Of a stretch of 64,000 nt of DNA, positions 31,369-40,196 are shown piece after piece. Origin of the DNA: Nitrospinaceae bacterium. Its GTDB lineage: Bacteria > Nitrospinota > Nitrospinia > Nitrospinales > Nitrospinaceae. The position numbers were made by a program, and so were the translations under genes. Each line of letters starts with the position of its first letter. Positions within the stretch are counted from its first letter, which is position 1. The notes beneath the pieces are model-generated. The model saw nothing but the letters and a program-made list of their open reading frames with translations. It was not told where the DNA came from and ran no database searches. The stretch lies in contig OZ245011.1 in assembly GCA_965223665.1 (NCBI GenBank), positions 96,001 to 160,000 on the forward strand. The letters are read 5' to 3'.

Positions 31369-31956
31369 TTAGGGATTTGCAATTCTCATAGCGCGCACTG
31401 CTTTTCGACCTCTTGCAGTCTTAGGTGCTGAAAATCGAACTCCATTATTAAAGATAAATCCAAATGCATTAAACTTCCCATTTTCTTCTGAAGACCAATG
31501 AGCTCCAGCCCCTTTTTTTGCAAATATTGGGTCAAAATGAATTTTCATTTCTCGGCCTACTTGGGAACTATTTAATTTATCCGGCTCATATAAAGTGCGG
31601 AGATCTGCTAGAGTAGGCATTTGCCAATCAAAATAATTAGCAAAACCCTTTGAATTAAGATTCTTAATATAATCGAAGGATTCTTTCCAATTCATCCAAT
31701 GGCCGGTATGCTGAAATGAATCCATCTGTAACCACATAATTCCAGTTTTAGTGTCAGTAATGGTATTGTCTCCATTGTCAATAAACCTTTTGTCTTCTGA
31801 TTTAGTTGGGTTTGGTGATGTGGTTGATTCATTACAAAACCCCTTACCTATGTCCGTGAGTTGAATGACTGAAATTAAAATCATTATTTGAAAAATATGG
31901 AAAACTTTTATCCTGAAGAAACTTGAATACGAATGAGAAATTATTAGTGGATTCAT
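31369..31956 (-). CDS. DUF1566 (Lcl C-terminal) domain protein
   Basis: RFIDNGDNTITDTKTGIMW, FANYFDWQMPT, WSS, AVRAMR. Confidence 0.85.
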   Translation of the reverse strand: MNPLIISHSYSSFFRIKVFHIFQIMILISVIQLTDIGKGFCNESTTSPNPTKSEDKRFIDNGDNTITDTKTGIMWLQMDSFQHTGHWMNWKESFDYIKNLNSKGFANYFDWQMPTLADLRTLYEPDKLNSSQVGREMKIHFDPIFAKKGAGAHWSSEENGKFNAFGFIFNNGVRFSAPKTARGRKAVRAMRIANP

Positions 31957-33401
31957 TACTGTTTTAATTTTGTGTTTAAAATTTTGTTTACTATTCCAGG
32001 GTTTGCCTGACCTTTGCTTTCTTTCATAACTTTTCCAACGAAAAAGCCTATTAACTTTTCCTTCCCGTTTTGAAATTCTTTTACTTGAGAAGGGTTGCTG
32101 GCAAGGACTTCATCCACAATTTTTTCAATTGAGGACTCATCGGAGATTTGCTCTATGCCCTTTTCTTTTATAATTAATTCTGGAGATTTTCCTGATTTGT
32201 AAGCTTCTTCAAATACAGATTTAGCCATTTTGCCACTGAGAGAACCCTTGTCTATTAACTTTAAAATATCCGTTAAAGCTTTTGGAGTTAACGGACAATC
32301 CTGAATAGTTTTATCATCGTTTTTTAGTTCACGTAATAATTCTCCCATTATCCAATTACTAACAATTTTAGGTTTGGGGAATAGCGAAACACATTCTTCA
32401 AAATAATTTGATAGTGGCCGGGAGGTGGTAAGGACACCAGCATCATAAGCAGGGATTTGATAGTCTTTAACAAATCGGTTTCTCTTTTCTTCGGGTAATT
32501 CTGGGATTGTTTTTTCAATTTTTTGTATCCAGCCTGGATCGCAAACAATTGGAACTAAATCTGGCTCAGGAAAATACCTATAGTCATGCGCCTCTTCTTT
32601 GGATCGCATTGAATAAGTAACACCTTTGTTAGAGTCAAATAATCGAGTTTCCTGGGTCACCGAATCCCCTTGGTCTAGTAATTGAGTTTGTCGTTTGATC
32701 TCATATTCTATAGCTTTTTGAACAAATTTAAATGAGTTGATATTTTTTAATTCAGTTTTCGTTCCTAATTCTTTTTGGCCTATAGGTCTAAGAGATACAT
32801 TCGCATCGCACCTAAAACTACCTTCTTCCATATTACAGTCGCTAATATCTATATATTCTAGAATTGATTTTAACTCTGTTAAATATTCTCTAGCCTCTTC
32901 CGGAGAACTTAAATCGGGTTCGCTTACAATTTCAATGAGAGGAATTCCAGTTCTGTTAAAATCTACGTAGCTACTTCCGGGTTGACCCAGATTACTCCCA
33001 TGGATTGACTTTCCGGCATCCTCTTCCATATGAATTCTGTTTAACCGTATCTTTTTGGTTTTCCCCTTTGATTGGATATTAATATGTCCTTTGCAACCAA
33101 TAGGAAGATCAAACTGAGAAATCTGATACCCTTTAGGAAGATCAGGATAAAAGTAATTTTTTCGAGCAAATTGATTCATTGGCTGAATTTCGCAATGAGT
33201 TGCAAGGCAGGCTCGCATTGCAAATTCCACTGCTTTTTTGTTTAAAACGGGTAATACTCCAGGCATTCCCAAACAAACAGGACAAGTGTTTTCATTGGCG
33301 GCGTTACCAAACTGGGTGGAGCAGGAACAGAATATTTTTGTTTCAGTTTTCAACTGGGCATGGACTTCTAATCCAATAACAGTTTCATAAGTTTGTTGCA
33401 T
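31956..33401 (-). CDS. gatB: Asp/Glu-tRNA(Asn/Gln) amidotransferase subunit B
   Basis: [44 protein letters not shown]. Confidence 0.98.
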   Translation of the reverse strand: MQQTYETVIGLEVHAQLKTETKIFCSCSTQFGNAANENTCPVCLGMPGVLPVLNKKAVEFAMRACLATHCEIQPMNQFARKNYFYPDLPKGYQISQFDLPIGCKGHINIQSKGKTKKIRLNRIHMEEDAGKSIHGSNLGQPGSSYVDFNRTGIPLIEIVSEPDLSSPEEAREYLTELKSILEYIDISDCNMEEGSFRCDANVSLRPIGQKELGTKTELKNINSFKFVQKAIEYEIKRQTQLLDQGDSVTQETRLFDSNKGVTYSMRSKEEAHDYRYFPEPDLVPIVCDPGWIQKIEKTIPELPEEKRNRFVKDYQIPAYDAGVLTTSRPLSNYFEECVSLFPKPKIVSNWIMGELLRELKNDDKTIQDCPLTPKALTDILKLIDKGSLSGKMAKSVFEEAYKSGKSPELIIKEKGIEQISDESSIEKIVDEVLASNPSQVKEFQNGKEKLIGFFVGKVMKESKGQANPGIVNKILNTKLKQ

Positions 33402-33425
33402 TTAATTGATTTTTTTAAAGAAATA

Positions 33426-33445
33426 CAGCCCCACCATAGGGGCTG
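33426..33445 (-). terminator. Hairpin, probable intrinsic terminator of the SDR gene
   Basis: CAGCCCC-accata-GGGGCTG perfect 7-bp stem; on the minus strand followed by TATTTCTTT. Confidence 0.5.
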
Positions 33446-33512
33446 AATTGAATATTTATTAAGTTTAATTAGAATTCTATAATTTGCAGGGAAGCCCGTC
33501 AAGCCAATGAAA

Positions 33513-34253
33513 TTATAAGGAGGTATATCCTCCATCAATGGGAATTACTGTACCCGTAATAAACGAGGACTCATCACTTGCTAAAAAAAGGCAAAGGTTG
33601 GCAACCTCCTCTGGTTTTCCAAATCTTCCTAAAGGGTAACCCTTTATCCATTGATCCATGAGCTCTTTGTTTTGCCGCAATTCTTCAGTCATTTCTGTTT
33701 CAATCATTCCAGGACAGATGGAGTTTGATCTTATACCTAATGGACCGTATTCCACTGCAATGGATCGACTGAATTGGTTCAATGCTGCTTTAGAAGTATT
33801 GTAAGCTGAAGCCATAGGAGTACCAACTAAGCCAAGTATAGAGCTGATATTTATTATAGAACCGGATTTTTGGTAAACCATTTGGGACAAAACTTCACGA
33901 GTCAATTGAAACACACCTCTTAAATTTATATTTATTACATTATCCCAGGTTGCATCATCCATTTCATGAAGGGAAGCCATGGAGAAAGTACCAGCATTGT
34001 TCACTAAAATGTCGATTCGGCCACCCTGGTTGAGGGTTTGATTTACCAAAGACTTAGTATCTGAAGATTGAGTAATATCACCCTGGATTATTTTGATATT
34101 TGGACCCAAATTTAATTGAGCTTGGTCCAATCGATCTTGTCTGCGCCCAAAAATAAAAACTTGAGCTCCTTCTTTGATAAAAGCTTGTGCACACGCGAAT
34201 CCTATTCCTGTGGCGCCTCCTGTAATAATTGCAGTTTTTCCATCTAATCTCAT
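33513..34253 (-). CDS. Short-chain dehydrogenase/reductase
   Basis: TGGATGIG, NNAG, YNTSK, PGMIET, IDGG; start placed at MRLDGK (34253). Confidence 0.92.
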   Translation of the reverse strand: MRLDGKTAIITGGATGIGFACAQAFIKEGAQVFIFGRRQDRLDQAQLNLGPNIKIIQGDITQSSDTKSLVNQTLNQGGRIDILVNNAGTFSMASLHEMDDATWDNVININLRGVFQLTREVLSQMVYQKSGSIINISSILGLVGTPMASAYNTSKAALNQFSRSIAVEYGPLGIRSNSICPGMIETEMTEELRQNKELMDQWIKGYPLGRFGKPEEVANLCLFLASDESSFITGTVIPIDGGYTSL

Positions 34254-34362
34254 TTTGGTCACTTTAAATGCATATCTTAATGGACTTCTATATAATAAGA
34301 CCAAGATTATACACCTATATGATGAATTTGGAATTGCTTATAGATAAAGTAATGAGGTATGT

Positions 34363-34620
34363 ATGAAGTGGTTGTATTATGGATTTGGTGGATTCATTGG
34401 ATTTGTGTGCGCCTTGGTTATTAGTATGATTTTTATTGCCCTAGAAAATTCAGAGCAATTATTAACCAATTTTGGTCGGGATTATGGGGTGTTTGGGCAA
34501 TATTTACTCAAGCTGTTTAATGCGTTGCCTTTTTTTGGTATTGTTATTGGATTACTTTTGGTTCGACTTATGTTTTCCAAAGAATTTGATAAAAATGAGT
34601 CTGATCAAAATATAGAATGA
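34363..34620 (+). CDS. Small two-TM hypothetical membrane protein
   Basis: GAGG RBS, two hydrophobic segments. Confidence 0.7.
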   Translation: MKWLYYGFGGFIGFVCALVISMIFIALENSEQLLTNFGRDYGVFGQYLLKLFNALPFFGIVIGLLLVRLMFSKEFDKNESDQNIE

Positions 34621-34696
34621 TACGGATTGTATTAGGGTTAAATGATTTTAAATCAATGTTAGAATGAATGTGAATAAATTAGATTTCTAAAAAACA

Positions 34697-34906
34697 ATGG
34701 ATAAAAAATTCAACGAAAATATACTTAAAGCGTTAGAAACCACTCATGAGGCATTAAAAATTTGTAAGCAAGCCATGATTGATGCCAATGATGAAACTTG
34801 TCGTGCCATGTATTCATCCATTATTAAAGATTGTGAAAAGCATGTGAAAATGTTGAAAGGGGAAATTGAATTACATAAGGTGCAAAAAAAATGGGATGGT
34901 AATTAA
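34697..34906 (+). CDS. Small ferritin/rubrerythrin-like helical hairpin protein
   Basis: ILKALE...A.D.TCRAMYSSIIKDCEKHVKML resembles half a ferritin-like fold; TAATG overlap with the next gene. Confidence 0.65.
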   Translation: MDKKFNENILKALETTHEALKICKQAMIDANDETCRAMYSSIIKDCEKHVKMLKGEIELHKVQKKWDGN

Positions 34907-35574
34907 TGCGCATTTTGATTGTTGAAGATGAAAAAAAAGTTGCAGGTTTTATTAGAAAAGGTTTGGAAGAAGAGACTTATGCTGTTGATGTAGCCTTTGA
35001 TGGTGATGAAGGGCTTGGATTGGCTGAAATGAATCAGTATGATTTAATCATACTTGATTTGATGTTACCAAAACTGAATGGATTGGAAGTTCTTTCTCGC
35101 CTTCGAAAGAAAAACATAAATACCCCCATTTTGCTTCTTACTGCTAAAGATTCTGTTGAGGATAAGGTGGAAGGTTTGAATCAAGGGGCTGATGATTATT
35201 TAACTAAACCTTTTGCTTTTTCAGAATTGCTGGCCAGAGTGAGGTCATTATTGCGACGAGGTCAAATTGAGACCAAAACTGTGCTTCAGGTTGGTGACTT
35301 AACTTTAGATCTGGTAAGCCACAAGGTTATTCGAAATGACGAAGAAATCGAATTGACGGGAAAAGAATACAGTCTGTTAGAATACTTTATGAGAAATAAG
35401 GATAAAGTCCTTACACGAACCATGATAGCAGAACATGTTTGGGATTATAATTTTGACACCTTTACAAATGTGATTGATGTTTATGTAAATCATCTTAGAA
35501 AAAAAATTGATAAAAAGTTTCCCTCCAAATTGATCCATACTTTAAGAGGTGTCGGATATGTTATGAAGGAATAG
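34906..35574 (+). CDS. OmpR-family response regulator (CusR/CzcR-like)
   Basis: ILIVEDE, ILDLMLP, GADDYLTKPFAFSEL, VWDYNFDTFTNVIDVYV, LRGVGY. Confidence 0.94.
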   Translation: MRILIVEDEKKVAGFIRKGLEEETYAVDVAFDGDEGLGLAEMNQYDLIILDLMLPKLNGLEVLSRLRKKNINTPILLLTAKDSVEDKVEGLNQGADDYLTKPFAFSELLARVRSLLRRGQIETKTVLQVGDLTLDLVSHKVIRNDEEIELTGKEYSLLEYFMRNKDKVLTRTMIAEHVWDYNFDTFTNVIDVYVNHLRKKIDKKFPSKLIHTLRGVGYVMKE

Positions 35575-35577
35575 AAA

Positions 35578-37008
35578 ATGTTTTTTAATTCTATCCGTTC
35601 AAGATTGACGGCGTGGCATGTGACTTTACTAGGCACTGTGCTTGTATTGTTTAGTATCCTTCTTTATGGTTTTTTATCCAACCGGTTGCACGAAAGTGTA
35701 GATAACTCATTAAAAATTTCGGCAACAGTTGTTCGTAAGACAGCCTTATTGCAATATTCCCGGACTCCTTTGCCGGGATTAGAACATTTTTTCGAGCAAT
35801 TTTTGGGTTATAGCAACTTAAATAAGTTTTATAGAATTTATGACGGTTCGGGTAATGTGGGTTCAAGGTCGAAAGGTGTGGATGCTTCCAAGTTTCCTTT
35901 AACTCAGGAAGCATATGCCCGTGCATTGAATGGGGAAGAAACTTATGAGACTTTCATTGTAGAAAGTGAACACCCAATTCGTGTGATTACTATGCCGGTG
36001 ATTAGAGATCAATCTTTAGTGAATTTGGTTCAGGTTGGGACTAGTTTATCTTCGGTTCAAGAAACATTGAAAAACTTAAGAATTTTTCTGTTTACGGCAG
36101 TTCCGGGAATTCTCATTTTAAGTGGTTTCGTAGGTAGATTAATTGCTCGTAGATCTTTGAAGCCTGTAACTAATATTACCCAGACTGCTAAAGAGATTGC
36201 TGATGGAGCGGATTTAAAGCAAAGGATTCCTGTAGCGGAGGCGCAGGATGAAATTGGAGTTTTAGCAAAAACTTTTAACAAAATGATGGATCGCCTGGAA
36301 AACTCTTTCAGTCAGATCAGACAATTTAGTAGCGATGCTTCTCATGAGTTGAGAACGCCACTTACTGTCCTAAAAGGACAAAGTGAGCTTGGATTGAGTA
36401 AGTTAAGGACACCTACAGAGTATCAAGAGGTTTTGTCAAGTAATTTAGAAGAAATAAATTTTATGTCTCGGATCTTAGATGATTTATTTATTCTTTCTAA
36501 ATCTGATGAAAATCAAATTCCTATGCATTGGAGCGAAGTAGACTTTAAAGCTGTATTAGAAGAAATTTGCAAAAATGCTGAAATCCTGGCGGATGAAAAA
36601 GGGGTGAAAATAAAAATAGCATATTTAGATTCAGTAAATTTAGTTGGGGACCCCCATATGTTGAGGCAAATGGTTTGGACTCTTTTGCACAATGGAATTA
36701 AATACTCTCAGCCAGGTGGTGAAATACGAGTGACTCTGCAAAACTTGAAAGACTCCGCTTATTTCACCATTCAAGATACAGGGATTGGTATTCCTGAAAA
36801 TGATCTCCCAAAAATTTTTGACCGATTTTATAGGGTCGATAAAGCGCGATCGCGTGTTGAGGGAGGGAGTGGGCTGGGTTTAAGTATTTGTAAGCATATT
36901 GTAGAACGTCATAATGGAACGATTGATGTTGAAAGTAAGTTTGGTGTAGGAACAAAATTTAAAATTCACCTTCCTAAAGAAAAAAACCCACATGATAAAG
37001 CCATTTAA
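35578..37008 (+). CDS. Sensor histidine kinase with HAMP domain (CusS-like)
   Basis: Two TMs, HAMP DEIG.LA..FN.M, ASHELRTPL, NGIKY, DTGIGI, GSGLGL. Confidence 0.94.
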   Translation: MFFNSIRSRLTAWHVTLLGTVLVLFSILLYGFLSNRLHESVDNSLKISATVVRKTALLQYSRTPLPGLEHFFEQFLGYSNLNKFYRIYDGSGNVGSRSKGVDASKFPLTQEAYARALNGEETYETFIVESEHPIRVITMPVIRDQSLVNLVQVGTSLSSVQETLKNLRIFLFTAVPGILILSGFVGRLIARRSLKPVTNITQTAKEIADGADLKQRIPVAEAQDEIGVLAKTFNKMMDRLENSFSQIRQFSSDASHELRTPLTVLKGQSELGLSKLRTPTEYQEVLSSNLEEINFMSRILDDLFILSKSDENQIPMHWSEVDFKAVLEEICKNAEILADEKGVKIKIAYLDSVNLVGDPHMLRQMVWTLLHNGIKYSQPGGEIRVTLQNLKDSAYFTIQDTGIGIPENDLPKIFDRFYRVDKARSRVEGGSGLGLSICKHIVERHNGTIDVESKFGVGTKFKIHLPKEKNPHDKAI

Positions 37009-37110
37009 GGTTTCTCGTTATTATTTTGTGAATCATTTATTTTTATGAGTTTTGATCTTATTTGATTTTGCTTTAGAATAAATAGATAAACATATTTTTT
37101 AGAGGATTAA

Positions 37111-38025
37111 ATGCGGCATTATTGGCCTTTAGGTCCCGTACTTGTTTTTGGAGAAGTATTGTTTGATGCATTTCCTGAAAAAACATGTTTGGGGGGAGCC
37201 CCATTTAATTTTGCGTTTCATCTGGTCAAATTAGGGTTGCCCGTCCACTTTATTAGCTCCATAGGGGATGATTCGCAGGGTGAAGAAATTATTGATTTTG
37301 GAATTCGAAACGGATTTCCGCTTTCTGGGATTCAAAAGGATCCAGACCATCCCACAGGAATGGTGCAAGTAACCTTGGATGGTAAGAAAAGCCCAAGTTT
37401 TGAAATTCTACCAAATAGAGCGTTTGACTATATTAGGTTCAATGAGTTTTTAAATAACCTTCTGAAAGATGAGATTCCCCTTATTTATTTTGGAAGTTTG
37501 GCGCAAAGAAACGAAACTTCAAAAAAAACCTTAGAGTCTATTTTAAAAAGATGTTCCTTCCGATCAAAAGTTTTTGTAGATTTAAATTTAAGAGCACCTT
37601 TTTATAACAAAGAATTGGTGGAAAAAATTTTAGGGTGTTGCGATTTCTTGAAAATAAGCATGGAGGAATTACAGGAGATCAAAAATATTTTTAATCTCAC
37701 TGGATCAATAAGCCAAATAGGAGTCCAGTTGTTGACCCATTTTAAGATTGGCTCCCTGTGTGTTACCCAAGGAAGCAATAGTAACCTTCTTTTTGACACC
37801 GGGAAGAGAGAGCCTTTGATTTGCCCGGTGCAATCCAATGAGGAAATTGTTGATACTGTTGGGGCGGGTGATGCTTTCTCCGCAATGCTCGCATTAGGTT
37901 TTTTGGCGGGATTTCCTCGGAAAACAATTTTAGATCGGGCAACAGAATTTGCTACTAGATTATGTAGTGTTAAGGGGGCGTTGCCTTTAGATGAGTCGTT
38001 TTATAAACCCTATCGATTTGAATAA
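37111..38025 (+). CDS. PfkB-family fructokinase
   Basis: FGEVLFD, GGAPFN, DLNLR, DTVGAGDAF; directly upstream of sps and sus. Confidence 0.88.
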   Translation: MRHYWPLGPVLVFGEVLFDAFPEKTCLGGAPFNFAFHLVKLGLPVHFISSIGDDSQGEEIIDFGIRNGFPLSGIQKDPDHPTGMVQVTLDGKKSPSFEILPNRAFDYIRFNEFLNNLLKDEIPLIYFGSLAQRNETSKKTLESILKRCSFRSKVFVDLNLRAPFYNKELVEKILGCCDFLKISMEELQEIKNIFNLTGSISQIGVQLLTHFKIGSLCVTQGSNSNLLFDTGKREPLICPVQSNEEIVDTVGAGDAFSAMLALGFLAGFPRKTILDRATEFATRLCSVKGALPLDESFYKPYRFE

Positions 38026-40196
38026 TGTCTGAAAACACTAAAGGGATTTATCTTCTGTTATTCAGTATTCACGGGCTTGTTCGTTCGCATGATTTAGAAA
38101 TGGGACGAGATGCTGATACGGGTGGACAGGTAAAGTATGTTTTAGAACTTGCAGAACAATTGTCCCGTCGACCTGAAGTAGAGAGGGTGGATTTGTTTAC
38201 TCGCCAAATAAGAGACCGAAAAGTATCCTCCGATTATTCAGTTCCCATTGAAGAAATTTCACCCAAAGCAAGGATTGTTCGTATTCCCTGTGGAGGGGGA
38301 AAATATATTCGCAAAGAATTATTGTGGAATCATTTGGATGAATACGTCGATAAAACTTTAAAATTTATTAAGAAAGAAGAATTGAATCCACATCTGGTTC
38401 ACGGTCATTATGCAGATGGTGGTTACGTTGCAATGACATTGGCAAATTTTTTGGGAGTACCATTTATTTTTACAGGACATTCTTTGGGGAAAAGTAAAAA
38501 TGAAAAGTTGTTGGAAGATGGTTGGACTTCTGAAGATATAAATAAAAAATATCACATGGAACATAGGATTGAAATTGAAGAAAAAATTATGGGTTGTGCT
38601 GATTTGGTGTTTACCAGTACCCAACAAGAGATTGATAAACAATATGGCCTTTATGGTAACCGTTCTATTCCAGAGTTTATTGTTAATCCCCCTGGATTAG
38701 ATTTAAAGAGGTTTTATCCCTTTTATGATGAAGAGCATTTGGATGAATCTGGTAAACAAGCGAGGATGGCAATTCAAAATGAATTGAACCGTTTTTTTCT
38801 GGCACCTGAAAAACCATTGATTCTGGCATTATCTCGTCCGGATAAACGAAAAAACATTTCATCTTTAATTCAGACATTTGGAGAAAGTAAGGATTTGCAA
38901 GCCATCGCAAATTTGGCTGTGTTTTGTGGGATTAGAAAAAATATTTTAGATATGGAAGAGAATGAGCAATCGGTACTGACTGAAACACTTTTGCAAATGG
39001 ATAGGTATGATTTATATGGAAAAATGGCTATCCCTAAAAAGCATGACTTTACATTAGAAGTTCCTGAATTATATCGAATTGCTGCAATGAGGAGAGGAGT
39101 ATTTGTAAACCCTGCACTTACAGAGCCATTTGGTTTAACTTTACTGGAGTCGGCGGCTTGTGGATTGCCAATTGTTGCTACAAACGATGGTGGACCCGTT
39201 GATATTATTAAAAATTGTAATAATGGTGTTTTAGTGGATGTTTCTGATATTGAGAAAATCGGGGAGGCCGTTAAAGAAATTCTAGTCGATGAAGAAAAAT
39301 GGAAACAATTTTCCATCAATGGAATCAATAATGTGCGATCCTATTATTCTTGGGATGCTCATGTGGATAGATATTTAGAGCGTATTCATTCTATGAAAAG
39401 TTTGAGCCTGGAAAGAAAGTTTAATATTTCAAATGGTGCACCCATTGGAAGAAAAATGATCCAAATCAATCGGATGGTTATAACAGATATTGATAATACA
39501 TTGACCGGGGATGATGAGTCACTGGAGCAATTTTTAGAAACAATCAATTCGCATAAAAATAATGTGGGGTTCGGGGTGGCAACAGGAAGAAGTATTAATT
39601 CTGCTTTAGAATTTTTACAAGAAAATAAAGTTCCAATACCTGATGTTCTTATCACTTCGGTTGGTAGTGAGATTTATTATAGTGGCAAAAATTATTTGGA
39701 TAATGGATGGTCTGTTCACATTCAGCAAAAATGGGAAAAAGAAAAAATCAAAAAACTTCTGGCAACATTACCTTTCTTAAATCCGCAAGAACCAGAAACT
39801 GAGAGACTTTATAAAGTTAGTTATTTTATGGAACCCAAAGAAGGTTATTTAGAGCAAATTCATGATCTACTCACTAAAAATAGATGTAGATATAATTTGA
39901 TTTACTCGCATCAGCAATTTTTAGATGTATTACCTCAAAGGGCTTCTAAGGGAAAAGCCATTAGGTATTTGAGTTATAAATGGGAAATTCCATTAGAAAA
40001 TATTTTGGTTGCAGGTGACTCTGGAAATGATGAAGAGATGCTCCGGGGAGATCCCTGGGGAGTAATTGTCGGCAATTATAGTGAAGAAATGGAAAGGCTT
40101 AAGGGAAAGCGTAGAATTTATTTTTCAAAGAAAAATTTTGCGGCAGGCGTAATGGATGGTATTAGGCATTATCGATTTTTAGGAGGTTCAGATTGA
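38025..40196 (+). CDS. sps: Sucrose-phosphate synthase with C-terminal HAD sucrose-phosphatase domain
   Basis: SIHGLVR...GRDADTGGQVKYV, HGHYADG, TGHSLG, RPDKRKN, NPALTEPFGLTL; HAD motif TDIDNT, GDSGND. Confidence 0.94.
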   Translation: MSENTKGIYLLLFSIHGLVRSHDLEMGRDADTGGQVKYVLELAEQLSRRPEVERVDLFTRQIRDRKVSSDYSVPIEEISPKARIVRIPCGGGKYIRKELLWNHLDEYVDKTLKFIKKEELNPHLVHGHYADGGYVAMTLANFLGVPFIFTGHSLGKSKNEKLLEDGWTSEDINKKYHMEHRIEIEEKIMGCADLVFTSTQQEIDKQYGLYGNRSIPEFIVNPPGLDLKRFYPFYDEEHLDESGKQARMAIQNELNRFFLAPEKPLILALSRPDKRKNISSLIQTFGESKDLQAIANLAVFCGIRKNILDMEENEQSVLTETLLQMDRYDLYGKMAIPKKHDFTLEVPELYRIAAMRRGVFVNPALTEPFGLTLLESAACGLPIVATNDGGPVDIIKNCNNGVLVDVSDIEKIGEAVKEILVDEEKWKQFSINGINNVRSYYSWDAHVDRYLERIHSMKSLSLERKFNISNGAPIGRKMIQINRMVITDIDNTLTGDDESLEQFLETINSHKNNVGFGVATGRSINSALEFLQENKVPIPDVLITSVGSEIYYSGKNYLDNGWSVHIQQKWEKEKIKKLLATLPFLNPQEPETERLYKVSYFMEPKEGYLEQIHDLLTKNRCRYNLIYSHQQFLDVLPQRASKGKAIRYLSYKWEIPLENILVAGDSGNDEEMLRGDPWGVIVGNYSEEMERLKGKRRIYFSKKNFAAGVMDGIRHYRFLGGSD

